This document shows, piece by piece, positions 1 through 9,334 of a stretch of 64,000 nucleotides of DNA. Position numbers and translations under genes: made by a program. Source of the DNA: a virus. The DNA lies in IMG/VR virus record IMGVR_UViG_3300043313_001040, positions 1 through 64,000 of that record. One strand, 5' to 3'. The notes below the pieces were generated by a model. It was not told the DNA's origin, did no database searches, and saw only the letters and a list, made by a program, of their open reading frames with translations. Position 1 is the first letter of the stretch. Every line of letters begins with the position of its first letter.

Positions 1-27
1 ACAGCCGCCGATAAACCAGCATCCAGA

Positions 28-603
28 CTACATGAGTCTCAATACCTCAGCGAGTCTCGCAAGTCTCTCCTTGCGTCTCAACACCTCAGCGAGTTTCGCA
101 AGTCTCTCCTCCGCGCTCGGGAGTCCGGGCTCACCACTCTCGGCCTTGTTCTTCTTATCGTCCTGCTTGTCTGCCTCTGCGGCGGTGGGTTCGGAGGCTG
201 GGGGTATTACGGGTGGGGGCCCGGAGGCATCCTCCTCGTAATACTCATCGTTCTCCTCGTCACCGGCAGGCTCTGAGTCTTCAGGCTCGGTCATGGGTGA
301 TGTCGTCATGATACTTGTGACCTTCCCCGTCTCGTCTACGATTTGCTTGGTCGACGATCCCTCGACCGCTATGAGCTGAACGGACACACCGTCCTGTAAT
401 CGCGGCATAAGGCTCCCTGATCGTTCCAAATCTCCGTCGCTCACCCAGAGCCTAAAGTCTACCCAATAACCCTTAGTTGGTTCGTCTCGGTTGAGCCTTA
501 TATCGAAGATGTTGCCAACCAGGCCCATGGCTTCGCTCCGTGGCACCCGCTTTACTCTCGGTTTGATTTGACTACCATCGGTCTTTCGGACGAACTCAGC
601 CAT
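28..603 (-). CDS. hypothetical phage protein with acidic linker and duplicated C-terminal ERLAxLAEVLR peptide
   Basis: 191-aa ORF in the packed minus-strand run; overlaps the upstream gene; SD-like GGGAGG upstream. Confidence 0.75.
   Translation of the reverse strand: MAEFVRKTDGSQIKPRVKRVPRSEAMGLVGNIFDIRLNRDEPTKGYWVDFRLWVSDGDLERSGSLMPRLQDGVSVQLIAVEGSSTKQIVDETGKVTSIMTTSPMTEPEDSEPAGDEENDEYYEEDASGPPPVIPPASEPTAAEADKQDDKKNKAESGEPGLPSAEERLAKLAEVLRRKERLARLAEVLRLM
36..110. repeat. 39-bp tandem duplication (2 copies, 2 mismatches)
   Basis: gtctcaaYacctcagcgagtYtcgcaagtctctcct at 36-71 and 75-110. Confidence 0.9.
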
Positions 604-859
604 TGTCCCTCCCTTCTACTTTGATCACGTTGCCGTGGGTCATGATCGCGAAAAAGTCAGAGTTGGCGTCGTATTGCTTGCACATCACCCAGTTGATGGT
701 CTCGCTGACCGCCCTGACCTTCGCATACATGCCGTCCATCCCGAGGAAGATCAGCTCCACTGAGAGCTGGTCTTCAAACACGAAATGATCACCCTTATTC
801 AGGTCCCATAGATTCAGGGGCCTGGTTTCTTTTGATTTTGTTGTTGCTGATTCTTCCAT
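596..859 (-). CDS. hypothetical protein (start trimmed to MEESATTK)
   Basis: AGGAGGT SD precedes ATG at 859; abuts the upstream stop. Confidence 0.7.
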   Translation of the reverse strand: MEESATTKSKETRPLNLWDLNKGDHFVFEDQLSVELIFLGMDGMYAKVRAVSETINWVMCKQYDANSDFFAIMTHGNVIKVEGRDNG

Positions 860-860
860 T

Positions 861-1271
861 TTACCATTTACCTCCTGTCCATTTTTCTGAGTGCATAATC
901 TGGGGGTAATGCTTGGCCAGCATCGCCGTGATCTGCACCATCTGATCCCTCGTCTCACCCAGCCAGTTCAGAAATGCGATGAACATCCCTGTCGTGGCTT
1001 CTACCTGCAGCTTTTGGGCTGCTTTCTTTTCCTCCTCGCTGTCGCCAGGATATTCGACCCACTTGGACCGCATCCGAACCTGCACCGCCCCGTCAGGATC
1101 GTCTGGCACCGGCTCCATCCAGGCGCATGACCAGGTAGGGTCAATTCGTCTAATGAACGCCATGTCGGTCCGGTCTAGCACCGACACCATCGCTGCGAGA
1201 TCGTATTTCTCCAGGATCTCCTTAATCTCGTCTACCGCTTTCTGGGGGTTTGTTCTTTGATCGTTTTTCAT
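861..1271 (-). CDS. hypothetical protein
   Basis: 136-aa ORF in packed operon. Confidence 0.75.
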   Translation of the reverse strand: MKNDQRTNPQKAVDEIKEILEKYDLAAMVSVLDRTDMAFIRRIDPTWSCAWMEPVPDDPDGAVQVRMRSKWVEYPGDSEEEKKAAQKLQVEATTGMFIAFLNWLGETRDQMVQITAMLAKHYPQIMHSEKWTGGKW

Positions 1272-1575
1272 TGTTGCTGTCTTCCTTTTTGATCTGCTCC
1301 ATGTATTCCAGGGCGAACCGGATCATCGAGATCGACGGTCCTTGCGCGTCGTCTTCGAATGCTCCCATCGCTTTTAGTAACTCAGTTCCAGCCTCGTCGG
1401 CCGTGACGTATTTCTGCTCAATGGCATCCTGAGGCACTGCCGCCAGGAATACGCCATTGGGGTAGTTGAACTGAATCTTTGCCTCCACTCCAGGATGTGC
1501 TGCCATCCAGTCCATAGCCTTGTGGCTAAGATTACGAATCTGATCGAAGTATTCCTTGGGTAGTTGGATTGCCAT
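1222..1575 (-). CDS. hypothetical protein
   Basis: 117-aa ORF; GAGAAGT leader motif. Confidence 0.7.
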   Translation of the reverse strand: MAIQLPKEYFDQIRNLSHKAMDWMAAHPGVEAKIQFNYPNGVFLAAVPQDAIEQKYVTADEAGTELLKAMGAFEDDAQGPSISMIRFALEYMEQIKKEDSNNEKRSKNKPPESGRRD

Positions 1576-1753
1576 AGAACTTCTCTTCTAGCTCCTCTCT
1601 TTCCATGTCGCGAATCACCTGCTGAAAGCGACTGATGTTGTTGTTTCTGGCCCGGGTGCAGATCCCGTCGCAGGTTGTTGTTAACGGGTTCTGGTTGGTG
1701 ACCCGGGCCCCGCAGATTACACATTTGCGGATCTTACGCTTGAACTTGGGCAT
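1532..1753 (-). CDS. small Cys-rich (CxxC...CxxxC) putative Zn-binding protein
   Basis: MPKFKRKIRKCVICG...TCDGIC; AAGGAGG SD before ATG 1753. Confidence 0.65.
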   Translation of the reverse strand: MPKFKRKIRKCVICGARVTNQNPLTTTCDGICTRARNNNISRFQQVIRDMEREELEEKFYGNPTTQGILRSDS

Positions 1754-2339
1754 CAGACCCTCCTTGTGGCTTCTGTTCCGGTGGATAGATGTCCGGCCGA
1801 CTAGCCCAATACGCTTTTGCTGCCGCGTAGTTCTCAGGATTGGCCAGCCATTCGTTATGCTCATCGTGAAACCGCTTCACGATGGCGTCCTCAGCCTCCT
1901 GAGCCGCTTTCAGCTTATCGCGGTCATTGGTGTAAGCCACGTGCTTCGTGCCTTTGCTGTGGTTCTCCAGGCAGAACACGTTGTCTCCGTGAATCGGAAA
2001 CTGATGGACGCCACTGGCGTCGATCAAAGTGAACGTGTAGCCACGAGCACCCTTGGGGTCGTTCTCGCCGCCGATCTTTAACCCATGATCGAATAGCAGT
2101 GATTTTGCGATCTCCTCATGAGTCTTGGGGATCTGAACTATCACCCAGTGCAACCCTTGCCACCTCATCATATACACGCTGAACTGTTCCTGCATTGGTG
2201 TATCCGGCCGGAAGTAGGTGTATTCCAATTGGGTCATCCACCCACTAACACCTACTCGGTCGAACATCGACGCGAATACTACTTTGCTTGGGTCGCTGCA
2301 CATCTTTACCAACTCTTCTGTTGACGGGAATCTGTTCAT
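1734..2339 (-). CDS. hypothetical protein
   Basis: 201-aa ORF; AAAGGAGAAGTAA leader. Confidence 0.75.
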   Translation of the reverse strand: MNRFPSTEELVKMCSDPSKVVFASMFDRVGVSGWMTQLEYTYFRPDTPMQEQFSVYMMRWQGLHWVIVQIPKTHEEIAKSLLFDHGLKIGGENDPKGARGYTFTLIDASGVHQFPIHGDNVFCLENHSKGTKHVAYTNDRDKLKAAQEAEDAIVKRFHDEHNEWLANPENYAAAKAYWASRPDIYPPEQKPQGGSDAQVQA

Positions 2340-2340
2340 G

Positions 2341-2640
2341 TTACTTCTCCTTTATGCTGTTGGTTAGTCTTGCTTTTCTTTTTGGTATCCAGAGCTTGGC
2401 TCCGCCCACGTCTTCAATGACGTGACTGTCTTCGTCCCTGGCGATGTGGATGCGAGCAGCTATGGCCGCTCTTTCACCCCACGTTTTCCGAACGTATTGC
2501 ACTCCCCTTTCGTTGTGGCGAACGCTACGGTGCTGTGGTCCAAGAACTGGCTGTAACTCGTCCAGCCATTTATGGACCTGCTCGTAACGTTCGCCCATCT
2601 TTTCTTCCGTCTCTCTGCAATGCTCTTCGAAGGTAGCCAT
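2341..2640 (-). CDS. His-rich HD-like small protein (DUF6915-like)
   Basis: EEHC...VHKWLD...HRSVRHN...HIARD pattern. Confidence 0.55.
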   Translation of the reverse strand: MATFEEHCRETEEKMGERYEQVHKWLDELQPVLGPQHRSVRHNERGVQYVRKTWGERAAIAARIHIARDEDSHVIEDVGGAKLWIPKRKARLTNSIKEK

Positions 2641-3788
2641 TACTCAGCCTCCGGTTTGTATTTGAGCGATGACACAAGGTCTACTTCAGTATCATCGCGT
2701 TTCCCTTTGTAGACTGGCTGATACAGGCTACCGCCTTTGTAGGCGTAGAGATACTGAACTTCCACGATGTCCCCTACTTTGGGTATCTCATGGTTGATCG
2801 GTATGGTTACATTTCCGACTTCGACAAAGTTACCTGATACGTGGTCCATTAGCCCTTTCTCTTTTTTGATTGCCAGGGCCACACTACGCTTATCATTGAC
2901 CTTGATTACCCGACAGCTCGCACTTGCTTTTAGTTTGAACTTCAGCGCTGGTCCCCCGCTTGACGGCCTGCCTGCTACATACCGAGACGCCTTATCTTTT
3001 AATGCTACCCCCTCCTTCCCGGCTTCTATAACTGACCGCAGCAGGTTCTTCTTCGATAATGCGGTGTTGGCCGTGTAGACCATCACGACTGTATCCTGGT
3101 CACCCAGGGATCGTATCAGCATCCCTAGCAGCAAGAGACGCTCTTCGTAGGGTAGCCCCCTGCAATCCTGGTCCTGGAGCTGCAGGATGTCGAAGACGTA
3201 GTATTTGTCTCCGCACGCCTCCCCGTCGATCAGGAAGACGAAATCGTTGTTTTGCAGCGCGCTGCAATATTCGCGCGGCGCTTCGATGATCTTCCCGGTC
3301 TTGTTATATGCGATGAACAGCCCTTTGCTGTTCTTGAATAACATCAGGCGCTTCCCGTCGTGCTTCTCCTGCATCAACCACATGTCGCTCTTGATTAGAT
3401 CTTTAACGTGAGATTCAGTGATCTCGTTGAGGAGCTGCGGTGCTATAATGCCATCAAACGCTGACGTGGATGGTCCCATTGTCACCTCGCTATCACTGGT
3501 TGCTACTCCGATTGGAACTTTAGGTGCCTTGCCTTTGGGCATCTCTTTATATCCCTTTTTCAGCTTCTCATTTACTATCGCCAGGTAAAGTTTTCTGGCT
3601 GCTTCAGCATGAGTTGGGCCAGCCTTCGTTCCACTATTCAGCGTGCTGCCACGCCTGCCATACTGGAATTTGACCGTGTGGTTAGCACCCACGTTCTCAA
3701 TCCAGATGTGATATACTTTGTCTGAGCTGCCTTCCCGGTATTCCAGGTCGCAGCGATTTGTTATTGTTGGTGTTGGCTTGAATGCCAT
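2640..3788 (-). CDS. WGR-domain ATP-dependent DNA ligase
   Basis: N-terminal SDKVY...YGRRG...EKLKKGY (WGR); ligase motif I QEKHDGKR, IDGE, FDIL, EGVALK, LKFK; C-terminal OB fold (VEVQY...LYQPVYKGKRDD). Confidence 0.85.
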   Translation of the reverse strand: MAFKPTPTITNRCDLEYREGSSDKVYHIWIENVGANHTVKFQYGRRGSTLNSGTKAGPTHAEAARKLYLAIVNEKLKKGYKEMPKGKAPKVPIGVATSDSEVTMGPSTSAFDGIIAPQLLNEITESHVKDLIKSDMWLMQEKHDGKRLMLFKNSKGLFIAYNKTGKIIEAPREYCSALQNNDFVFLIDGEACGDKYYVFDILQLQDQDCRGLPYEERLLLLGMLIRSLGDQDTVVMVYTANTALSKKNLLRSVIEAGKEGVALKDKASRYVAGRPSSGGPALKFKLKASASCRVIKVNDKRSVALAIKKEKGLMDHVSGNFVEVGNVTIPINHEIPKVGDIVEVQYLYAYKGGSLYQPVYKGKRDDTEVDLVSSLKYKPEAE

Positions 3789-3809
3789 TACTTCTCCTTT
3801 GCTGTTGTG

Positions 3810-4133
3810 TTATTCTTCGTCTCGCATCTGTAAGGTAAGACTCCTGTAGTGAAGGAGCTGCCTCACTCTTATCTTATAACGCACGTGCGCCGTGTAGATG
3901 TTCGTCCCGATGGAAAACAGCATGGTGAGTCCAAACCACCACACTACTACAGGGTTTGACATCAGTTTCTCCATTGCTTTCGGAAACCACAGCAGGACCA
4001 TAAATCCAATGATCCATACTGCGCTTCCAATCAGGCATTGGGTCAGGTTTAACCTGTATAGCTGTTCGCCAGCTACGTCGTGATTATAACTGGCCGCTAT
4101 TTCCGTCAGCTTCTTTTTCTGCTCGGGGTCCAT
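3810..4133 (-). CDS. membrane protein with 2 TM segments
   Basis: two hydrophobic segments (LIGSAVWIIGFMVLLWF; VVVWWFGLTMLFSIG). Confidence 0.7.
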   Translation of the reverse strand: MDPEQKKKLTEIAASYNHDVAGEQLYRLNLTQCLIGSAVWIIGFMVLLWFPKAMEKLMSNPVVVWWFGLTMLFSIGTNIYTAHVRYKIRVRQLLHYRSLTLQMRDEE

Positions 4134-4563
4134 GGTTCTTCCTTTCTACTGGTTCAATGACATTGATCGCTCCGCCGCCACCGTAATCGAGGTCTTCGAC
4201 GTAGATGAATAGGGCATCGCGAACGGTTGTTTTGATTCCAAATGCCTGCATGATCATGTTAACTGCTATCTCGTTAGGCAGCACCTTGTCTGGTGGCTTA
4301 GGCGTGGGTGTCTCATCCACGCTGATGCTGATGTGGTGACAGACGCCATGAACAGGTTGTTCTTCCTGGTTATAGACTACCCTGTAACCAATCGGGAATT
4401 CGATCCTGGTCATTTCGTTTTTGCCTACTGCCTGATCAGGATTCTGTTCTTTTGCCATCCTGGCGAGCTTGTCGGCTGGTAATACGTTGGCCCTGGCGTA
4501 TTCCAGCATTACCTTAATCCGGGCATCATGCTCCGGCGCTATCACTAGTGGTCTTGTTTTCAT
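4084..4563 (-). CDS. hypothetical protein
   Basis: 159-aa ORF; AGGAGG SD; CHHISIS motif. Confidence 0.75.
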   Translation of the reverse strand: MKTRPLVIAPEHDARIKVMLEYARANVLPADKLARMAKEQNPDQAVGKNEMTRIEFPIGYRVVYNQEEQPVHGVCHHISISVDETPTPKPPDKVLPNEIAVNMIMQAFGIKTTVRDALFIYVEDLDYGGGGAINVIEPVERKNHGPRAEKEADGNSGQL

Positions 4564-4963
4564 TCTCCTCCTTTCGCTTTTTGAATTCTTCCGGCGTTAT
4601 ACCCATCATGATGCCAGCGATGATGTTGCCAGCAGCGCACATGCCTTCGATCCCACACCCATCGACGTTGCCACCAGGACCCTGATCCTGGTCGGCTACT
4701 TTCTTCCAGTATTCGCACTCGACTTGTGCGATCTGCAGCGCCCGATTTCTCCAGCCACTCGGCTCTAACTGTGCCAGCGTGGTGCCATGAAATACATGCA
4801 CTCGATCCTGTTCGATGATCGTCAGGTCTCCATGCTGATTTCGTATTACCAGGCCAGCAATCTCAGCCATGGGCTGTAACGTGAGAGCCTCTTTGGCTTT
4901 TTCCCTGAGCTGCTTGTTTTGAGCACCAGGGAACATGCTCCCAATGTTAGAGAACTGGTTCAC
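4526..4963 (-). CDS. hypothetical protein
   Basis: 145-aa ORF in packed operon. Confidence 0.65.
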   Translation of the reverse strand: MNQFSNIGSMFPGAQNKQLREKAKEALTLQPMAEIAGLVIRNQHGDLTIIEQDRVHVFHGTTLAQLEPSGWRNRALQIAQVECEYWKKVADQDQGPGGNVDGCGIEGMCAAGNIIAGIMMGITPEEFKKRKEENENKTTSDSAGA

Positions 4964-5387
4964 CCCTCGCCTCCTTTAACGCTTCTGATATTTGATCTTT
5001 GGTGGCGTCTGGCCCTATCTCGACCACCTTTACTTCAGCTTTGTCGCCGAACATCTCCTGGATGGTCTTTCTGACGAGCGCAGCCACCGGATGAGGTTTT
5101 TGTTTCTTGTTGGCGCGCTCAGCCAATTCGACTATTTCCGGGACTTTGCACTTCAGGCATGCTGTGTTGATCTCTTCTGCTGCGAATTGCAGCACCGTGG
5201 CCACATGGGTCATCACCTCTATTGCGCACCCCTCTTCTTTGCACTCAGTTTTGTGCGCCTCGTTTAATACCGAGAAATGGTGAGCCAAGTCTCTCGGCAT
5301 ACAAAGCAGGTCCCTTGCAAGATCAGTCAGCTTTTGACCGTTCTCGGCTACTACCATGTGCGATTCACTAATGTTTGCTTTATTCAT
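4947..5387 (-). CDS. hypothetical protein
   Basis: 146-aa ORF; (CAA)n plus AGAAGTA leader. Confidence 0.7.
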   Translation of the reverse strand: MNKANISESHMVVAENGQKLTDLARDLLCMPRDLAHHFSVLNEAHKTECKEEGCAIEVMTHVATVLQFAAEEINTACLKCKVPEIVELAERANKKQKPHPVAALVRKTIQEMFGDKAEVKVVEIGPDATKDQISEALKEARGEPVL

Positions 5388-5418
5388 TTTACTTCTTCTT
5401 TTTTGTTGTTGTTGTTGG

Positions 5419-5814
5419 TTACTCGCCTACATCGGCGAAGCCGAACTCTTCGTTGATTTCGTCGGCTATGATGCTGATTGGACGGCCATTTTCAAAACGC
5501 CAAAGAACACCGTCCTTGTCCTTGTGCGTATAGATACACTTACTGTTGTGCCCAGGGATGTGCAGCAGCTCTGTGCAGAACCACTGGTTAACCTTCTGGC
5601 CGTCTATGATCTCTGGTTTGCACCAGATTATCTCCTTGTGGTGACTGGGATGCTTGGCGTGGTCCACACGTGGATCGGTAACATGGAACTCCCGAATCTC
5701 GATTGAGTCGAGGTTTACCTCGTATTGTTTGCCGATGGGGATGTGATCCCGCATGGTTACTAACCCGTCACGGGTGCTGTGCCTAACGAGTGTTGCTGTT
5801 ACGTATCTGGGCAT
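5419..5814 (-). CDS. hypothetical protein
   Basis: 131-aa ORF, translationally coupled. Confidence 0.7.
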   Translation of the reverse strand: MPRYVTATLVRHSTRDGLVTMRDHIPIGKQYEVNLDSIEIREFHVTDPRVDHAKHPSHHKEIIWCKPEIIDGQKVNQWFCTELLHIPGHNSKCIYTHKDKDGVLWRFENGRPISIIADEINEEFGFADVGE

Positions 5815-6023
5815 TAGTCCTCCTTATATTTGTCATCCTCTTTGTCCAGGTGTTCCATGACTGATTGCACATGCGGACAGGAGTCACCTTCCAAATGTGC
5901 CTCGTAGAGCACGTGGTAACAGGTCATGGCTCGGGCCACGACCTGCGATGGTTTCAGACCTGGATGTAGCTCGCAGAGCCGTTTGAGCGCGTCTTCTGCT
6001 GCATCTGGGAATTCGATTTTCAT
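5814..6023 (-). CDS. small ribbon-helix-helix-like protein
   Basis: MKIEFP (beta) then EDALKRL...PSQVVARAM (two helices). Confidence 0.5.
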   Translation of the reverse strand: MKIEFPDAAEDALKRLCELHPGLKPSQVVARAMTCYHVLYEAHLEGDSCPHVQSVMEHLDKEDDKYKED

Positions 6024-6295
6024 CAGTTCCTTTCTGCCACGTCTTTCATGGCCTTCTCGACTGCTTCTTCTGTCTCGAAGATGAACTTCACGATAAGCCT
6101 GCGCTCCAGTTGATTGAAGGTTAGGAAATCTCCCATGAGGTCTCTCATGAATTCAGCCACTCTTTTACCACGCTCAGGCGTGCCTGCTAATTGCTCGAAA
6201 CTCGCAAGTTCCAAACAATGACGTGTAACTAACGTCTGGAGGGTTTTTACGATGTCGTCTGGCACATCAGGATACTTTGGATTTTCTTCTGCCAT
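6023..6295 (-). CDS. hypothetical protein
   Basis: AGGAGAAGTA leader. Confidence 0.7.
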   Translation of the reverse strand: MAEENPKYPDVPDDIVKTLQTLVTRHCLELASFEQLAGTPERGKRVAEFMRDLMGDFLTFNQLERRLIVKFIFETEEAVEKAMKDVAERN

Positions 6296-6316
6296 ATTTA
6301 CTTCTCCTATTTAGTT

Positions 6317-6934
6317 TTAGTTACGCCTTTGAACTGAGGTCCATGTTTCAACGATGTAGGGATCGTCGATCATGGCTCCAGTGCTGATAGCTTGGTAGTT
6401 TATTATTACTCCGTTCTTGTCAGGACCTTGGCTTGCTGCTTGAAACGCTATTTGGCGCGCTTCTTCCAGCGTGTTAGCCAGCCTGTGCTCATTAGGGATT
6501 GCTTCCACGATGCCTTCGTAGATGTCCCACTGGCGCACCACGAAGTAATCAGGGTAATCGGCCGGGTGATCGTAGATGCAGAAGAACTTCTGAATCTGGC
6601 GAATCCCATTGTGGCTTGGCTCCCATTCACCTGTGATAGGATGAATGCCCATCCAATCCAGGTCGAATGGTTCGCCTACGAATGAGGAGATTCTCAGTGC
6701 TGTCAGAAGCGTGACATCAGGTGACCACGTTTGTAGGTAATGGCATACTGGACATTCCCAGCCCTTCTGGGTTGCTATCAATGCGCCATAATCTCCACCA
6801 TGAGTTTCTGCATACTCGCGATGGGCTGCGTCGCCACGGTCATTCCCACATGTTAGGGGATGAAGGAAGCTGTGCTGATACTGGTTAAGCTGAACCAGTA
6901 GTTCGTAGGGGAATGGTGCGTTTAGTATTTCCAT
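6317..6934 (-). CDS. two-domain hypothetical phage protein (HPLTC...CPVC Zn-like domain plus IYDHPxDYP domain); start trimmed
   Basis: ATG at 6934 immediately after the upstream stop. Confidence 0.65.
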   Translation of the reverse strand: MEILNAPFPYELLVQLNQYQHSFLHPLTCGNDRGDAAHREYAETHGGDYGALIATQKGWECPVCHYLQTWSPDVTLLTALRISSFVGEPFDLDWMGIHPITGEWEPSHNGIRQIQKFFCIYDHPADYPDYFVVRQWDIYEGIVEAIPNEHRLANTLEEARQIAFQAASQGPDKNGVIINYQAISTGAMIDDPYIVETWTSVQRRN

Positions 6935-6935
6935 A

Positions 6936-7115
6936 TCAGTTAGCGCTGAATACCAGCACTGCCCTTGGTTTGTCGTTTTCGTCCTTGTCCGCGTGGTCCA
7001 CACTGTCGTAGACCGCGCCCGATGCGTTAATGTAGTGATACTGGCCATCTGCCAGCACTGCCATTGGCAGGTTGCCCCATTCAGGCTTCGCTTTGATTAG
7101 TTCTTTAAGTGTCAT
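6936..7115 (-). CDS. 59-aa hypothetical protein (not in ORF track)
   Basis: MTLKELIKAKPEWGNLPMAVLADGQYHY...VLVFSAN*; preceded by (CAA)n leader. Confidence 0.65.
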   Translation of the reverse strand: MTLKELIKAKPEWGNLPMAVLADGQYHYINASGAVYDSVDHADKDENDKPRAVLVFSAN

Positions 7116-7149
7116 ATTGCTGTTTTACCTTTCGTTGTTGTTGTTGTTG

Positions 7150-7287
7150 TTATTTGCCTGGAGGCATCATCATCTCGCGCTTTTTGGCCTCTGTCTGCAC
7201 TCGGAACCAATCTGTTATTGCTCCCATAAGCCCGGTCAGGCTGTTGATTCCGTTTAACACAGCTTCGTCTAATTGTTCTTCAGTCAT
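7150..7287 (-). CDS. 45-aa hypothetical protein (not in ORF track)
   Basis: MTEEQLDEAVLNGINSLTG...PPGK*; flanked by (CAA)n tracts. Confidence 0.55.
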   Translation of the reverse strand: MTEEQLDEAVLNGINSLTGLMGAITDWFRVQTEAKKREMMMPPGK

Positions 7288-7319
7288 TTTCTTGTTGTCC
7301 TTGTTGTTGTTGTTGTTTA

Positions 7320-8054
7320 CTACGCTCCGATCCCGATAACCATGTTCAGGATCGACTGGTGACCCTTACCATAGGTCGCCAAATTCTTTAATGTGCCGTC
7401 TTCCAGGATGGCGTGGAACTGGCAGCCCTCCAGGTCTACGTCGATTGCGCTGATCTTCTCTTTGAAGTCGAATCCTGCTGCCAATGTCTTTTTGATAACG
7501 TCAGGTAGCGTGATAGGGCAGCGTTGAATCAACGATTCCATGTAAGTGACATCGTAGATCCGATAGCCCTTGAGTAGGGCCCGCATCAATATCACCGGGT
7601 CCTTATGCGCTGATGCACCATTTCGATGACATAGATAGAGGTTCATCTGGTCGAATGTTCTCATGTCAGTCGATAAGAATAACATCGGGACCGGATTAAC
7701 CAGATCCTCGATCTCTACCTTGGTGACCTTGCCTTCTTTCAGCTCTACCAGGACTGAGCCCCTGGTATAGACGCCCTTGATCGTGCCATCCAGGTTATGA
7801 TCAACAAACGTGTTGTCGAATATGAACTGTGCTCCCTCGGCGGGTGGAGGAGCAGCATCTGATTGCTGCATGCAGCTTATGGCCGATAATGCGTATGCGA
7901 CTTTCAGTAAGAAGCTCTTGCCTGAGTCGTTTTGGCCTACCAACACGTTGAGCATTTTAAGCTCTACTTCCATGTTGTTGAATTTGATTGGTGCTGTGAG
8001 ATTCAGCACCAGCTTCTGCAGATGAGCCGGTGGCTTTTTTTTAGACTTCTTCAT
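7320..8054 (-). CDS. ABC/AAA_15-21-type ATPase, C-terminally truncated
   Basis: Walker A LNVLVGQNDSGKS; ends just after signature-like YGKGHQ; no Walker B. Confidence 0.7.
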   Translation of the reverse strand: MKKSKKKPPAHLQKLVLNLTAPIKFNNMEVELKMLNVLVGQNDSGKSFLLKVAYALSAISCMQQSDAAPPPAEGAQFIFDNTFVDHNLDGTIKGVYTRGSVLVELKEGKVTKVEIEDLVNPVPMLFLSTDMRTFDQMNLYLCHRNGASAHKDPVILMRALLKGYRIYDVTYMESLIQRCPITLPDVIKKTLAAGFDFKEKISAIDVDLEGCQFHAILEDGTLKNLATYGKGHQSILNMVIGIGA

Positions 8055-8505
8055 TTTGCCTTTCGTTGTTGTTGTCCCAGCGAGCTACGGCCCTTCGGCC
8101 TTCTTCGTTGTCCCACAGCTTCGCTAGGTCATAGTTGCTGGGACACGTTTCGTTTTTCTCCATCTGGCAGCCATATGCCAGACGACATTGAGTCGGCTTA
8201 TGGTCGTGAATCTCGCACAGACCATTTTGTAGGAATGTGCATTGACCTTTCGACCATGGTTTCATGGTGAAGATTGCCTCAAATGGCATATCAGGTGCCT
8301 CCTGGCCTTCGTAGCCGATTGAGGCTGGCGCTAATGTCCAAATACGATGATCATTGCCAACTTGCTTACATGGCTCCAGCCAGTCTTTCATGAGCCTCGG
8401 TGCTAACCCGAGATCCATGAGATGATTCGCTTCTTGGGGCGTCATCCACCCAGGATTCTGCTTGCACAGCTTTACGCATTTAGCGCACGTGCATGATTCG
8501 CTCAT
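8041..8505 (-). CDS. YkgJ/CxxCxxCC-like Fe-S or Zn cluster protein
   Basis: CTCAKCVKLC...CTFLQNGLCEIHDHKPTQCR. Confidence 0.75.
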   Translation of the reverse strand: MSESCTCAKCVKLCKQNPGWMTPQEANHLMDLGLAPRLMKDWLEPCKQVGNDHRIWTLAPASIGYEGQEAPDMPFEAIFTMKPWSKGQCTFLQNGLCEIHDHKPTQCRLAYGCQMEKNETCPSNYDLAKLWDNEEGRRAVARWDNNNERQNEEV

Positions 8506-8668
8506 TTTTTACCTTTTGTTGTTGTTGTTTGGCAGACCAAAAGCCCATATCTCAGCAGCAGTGGCGCACACAATATATGTTAGCCAAAAGCTGAATCCTG
8601 GATGAGCTTCTACCATCCATGTTGCTCCCGCAGCGCTCAGAGCGATACGGCATGTCCATCTCATTTTT

Positions 8669-8857
8669 TCACCTTTCATAGTTGTGTGGATAGGCCCAGT
8701 AGGATAGGGCCACGCATCCAATACCTATTGTTAGTAGTGTTGCTGTTTGTGCTATAAGGCTCCAATCCATGAAGCCCAATTTGCCCATATTCATGCCTAT
8801 GCTGGCACTGAGGAGAATTTGGATGATTGTTCTCAATAGCTCCTCTCTACGAGCCAA
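8669..8857 (-). CDS. small membrane protein
   Basis: two hydrophobic stretches. Confidence 0.5.
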   Translation of the reverse strand: MARREELLRTIIQILLSASIGMNMGKLGFMDWSLIAQTATLLTIGIGCVALSYWAYPHNYER

Positions 8858-9024
8858 CGCAGGTTATCCACGAGCTTGAGCGCATCCTCCTTGTTTAGGT
8901 CAGACCTGATCTGCACTGCACCCAGGGTGCCAGTGCGTAGCTCGAACTCAAGGTCATCGAGCACGTGCTCGTGCTCAGCCCCCATCTCATAGTCGTTGTT
9001 GGCTTGATATGTGTTGTATTGCAT
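8833..9024 (-). CDS. hypothetical protein
   Basis: 63-aa ORF; (CAA)n leader. Confidence 0.6.
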   Translation of the reverse strand: MQYNTYQANNDYEMGAEHEHVLDDLEFELRTGTLGAVQIRSDLNKEDALKLVDNLRWLVERSY

Positions 9025-9042
9025 ATGTTGTTGTTGTGTGTT

Positions 9043-9315
9043 TTATAATATGGCTACCCAATCCCCCTCTGGCCCAAGGCTCTGAATACCCTCGTTGTCC
9101 AGTGGGTATATCGAATGGCCTGACTGGTCATCGCCCAGGTATGGGCCACCATCATCAGGCAGTAATGGCACGTCCTCTGAGGATATGCGATACAGCCTGC
9201 CGCCTGCTCTCAACTGTCGGTAGTGGGCCTTGATCCCTCTACGTCTCAGCTCATTATCGAGATCATCGAACTCAGGTGCATTGCCACCAGGTAGGATGCA
9301 GTATTGATATATCAT
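9043..9315 (-). CDS. hypothetical protein (start trimmed to MIYQY)
   Basis: (CAA)n leader directly before ATG 9315. Confidence 0.6.
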   Translation of the reverse strand: MIYQYCILPGGNAPEFDDLDNELRRRGIKAHYRQLRAGGRLYRISSEDVPLLPDDGGPYLGDDQSGHSIYPLDNEGIQSLGPEGDWVAIL

Positions 9316-9334
9316 GTTGTTGTTGTGTGTGTTG

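Noticed and set aside
36-110. 39-bp duplication as an att site or terminal repeat
   Set aside because: It is an in-frame tandem duplication of a peptide, and no second copy was seen elsewhere in the window.
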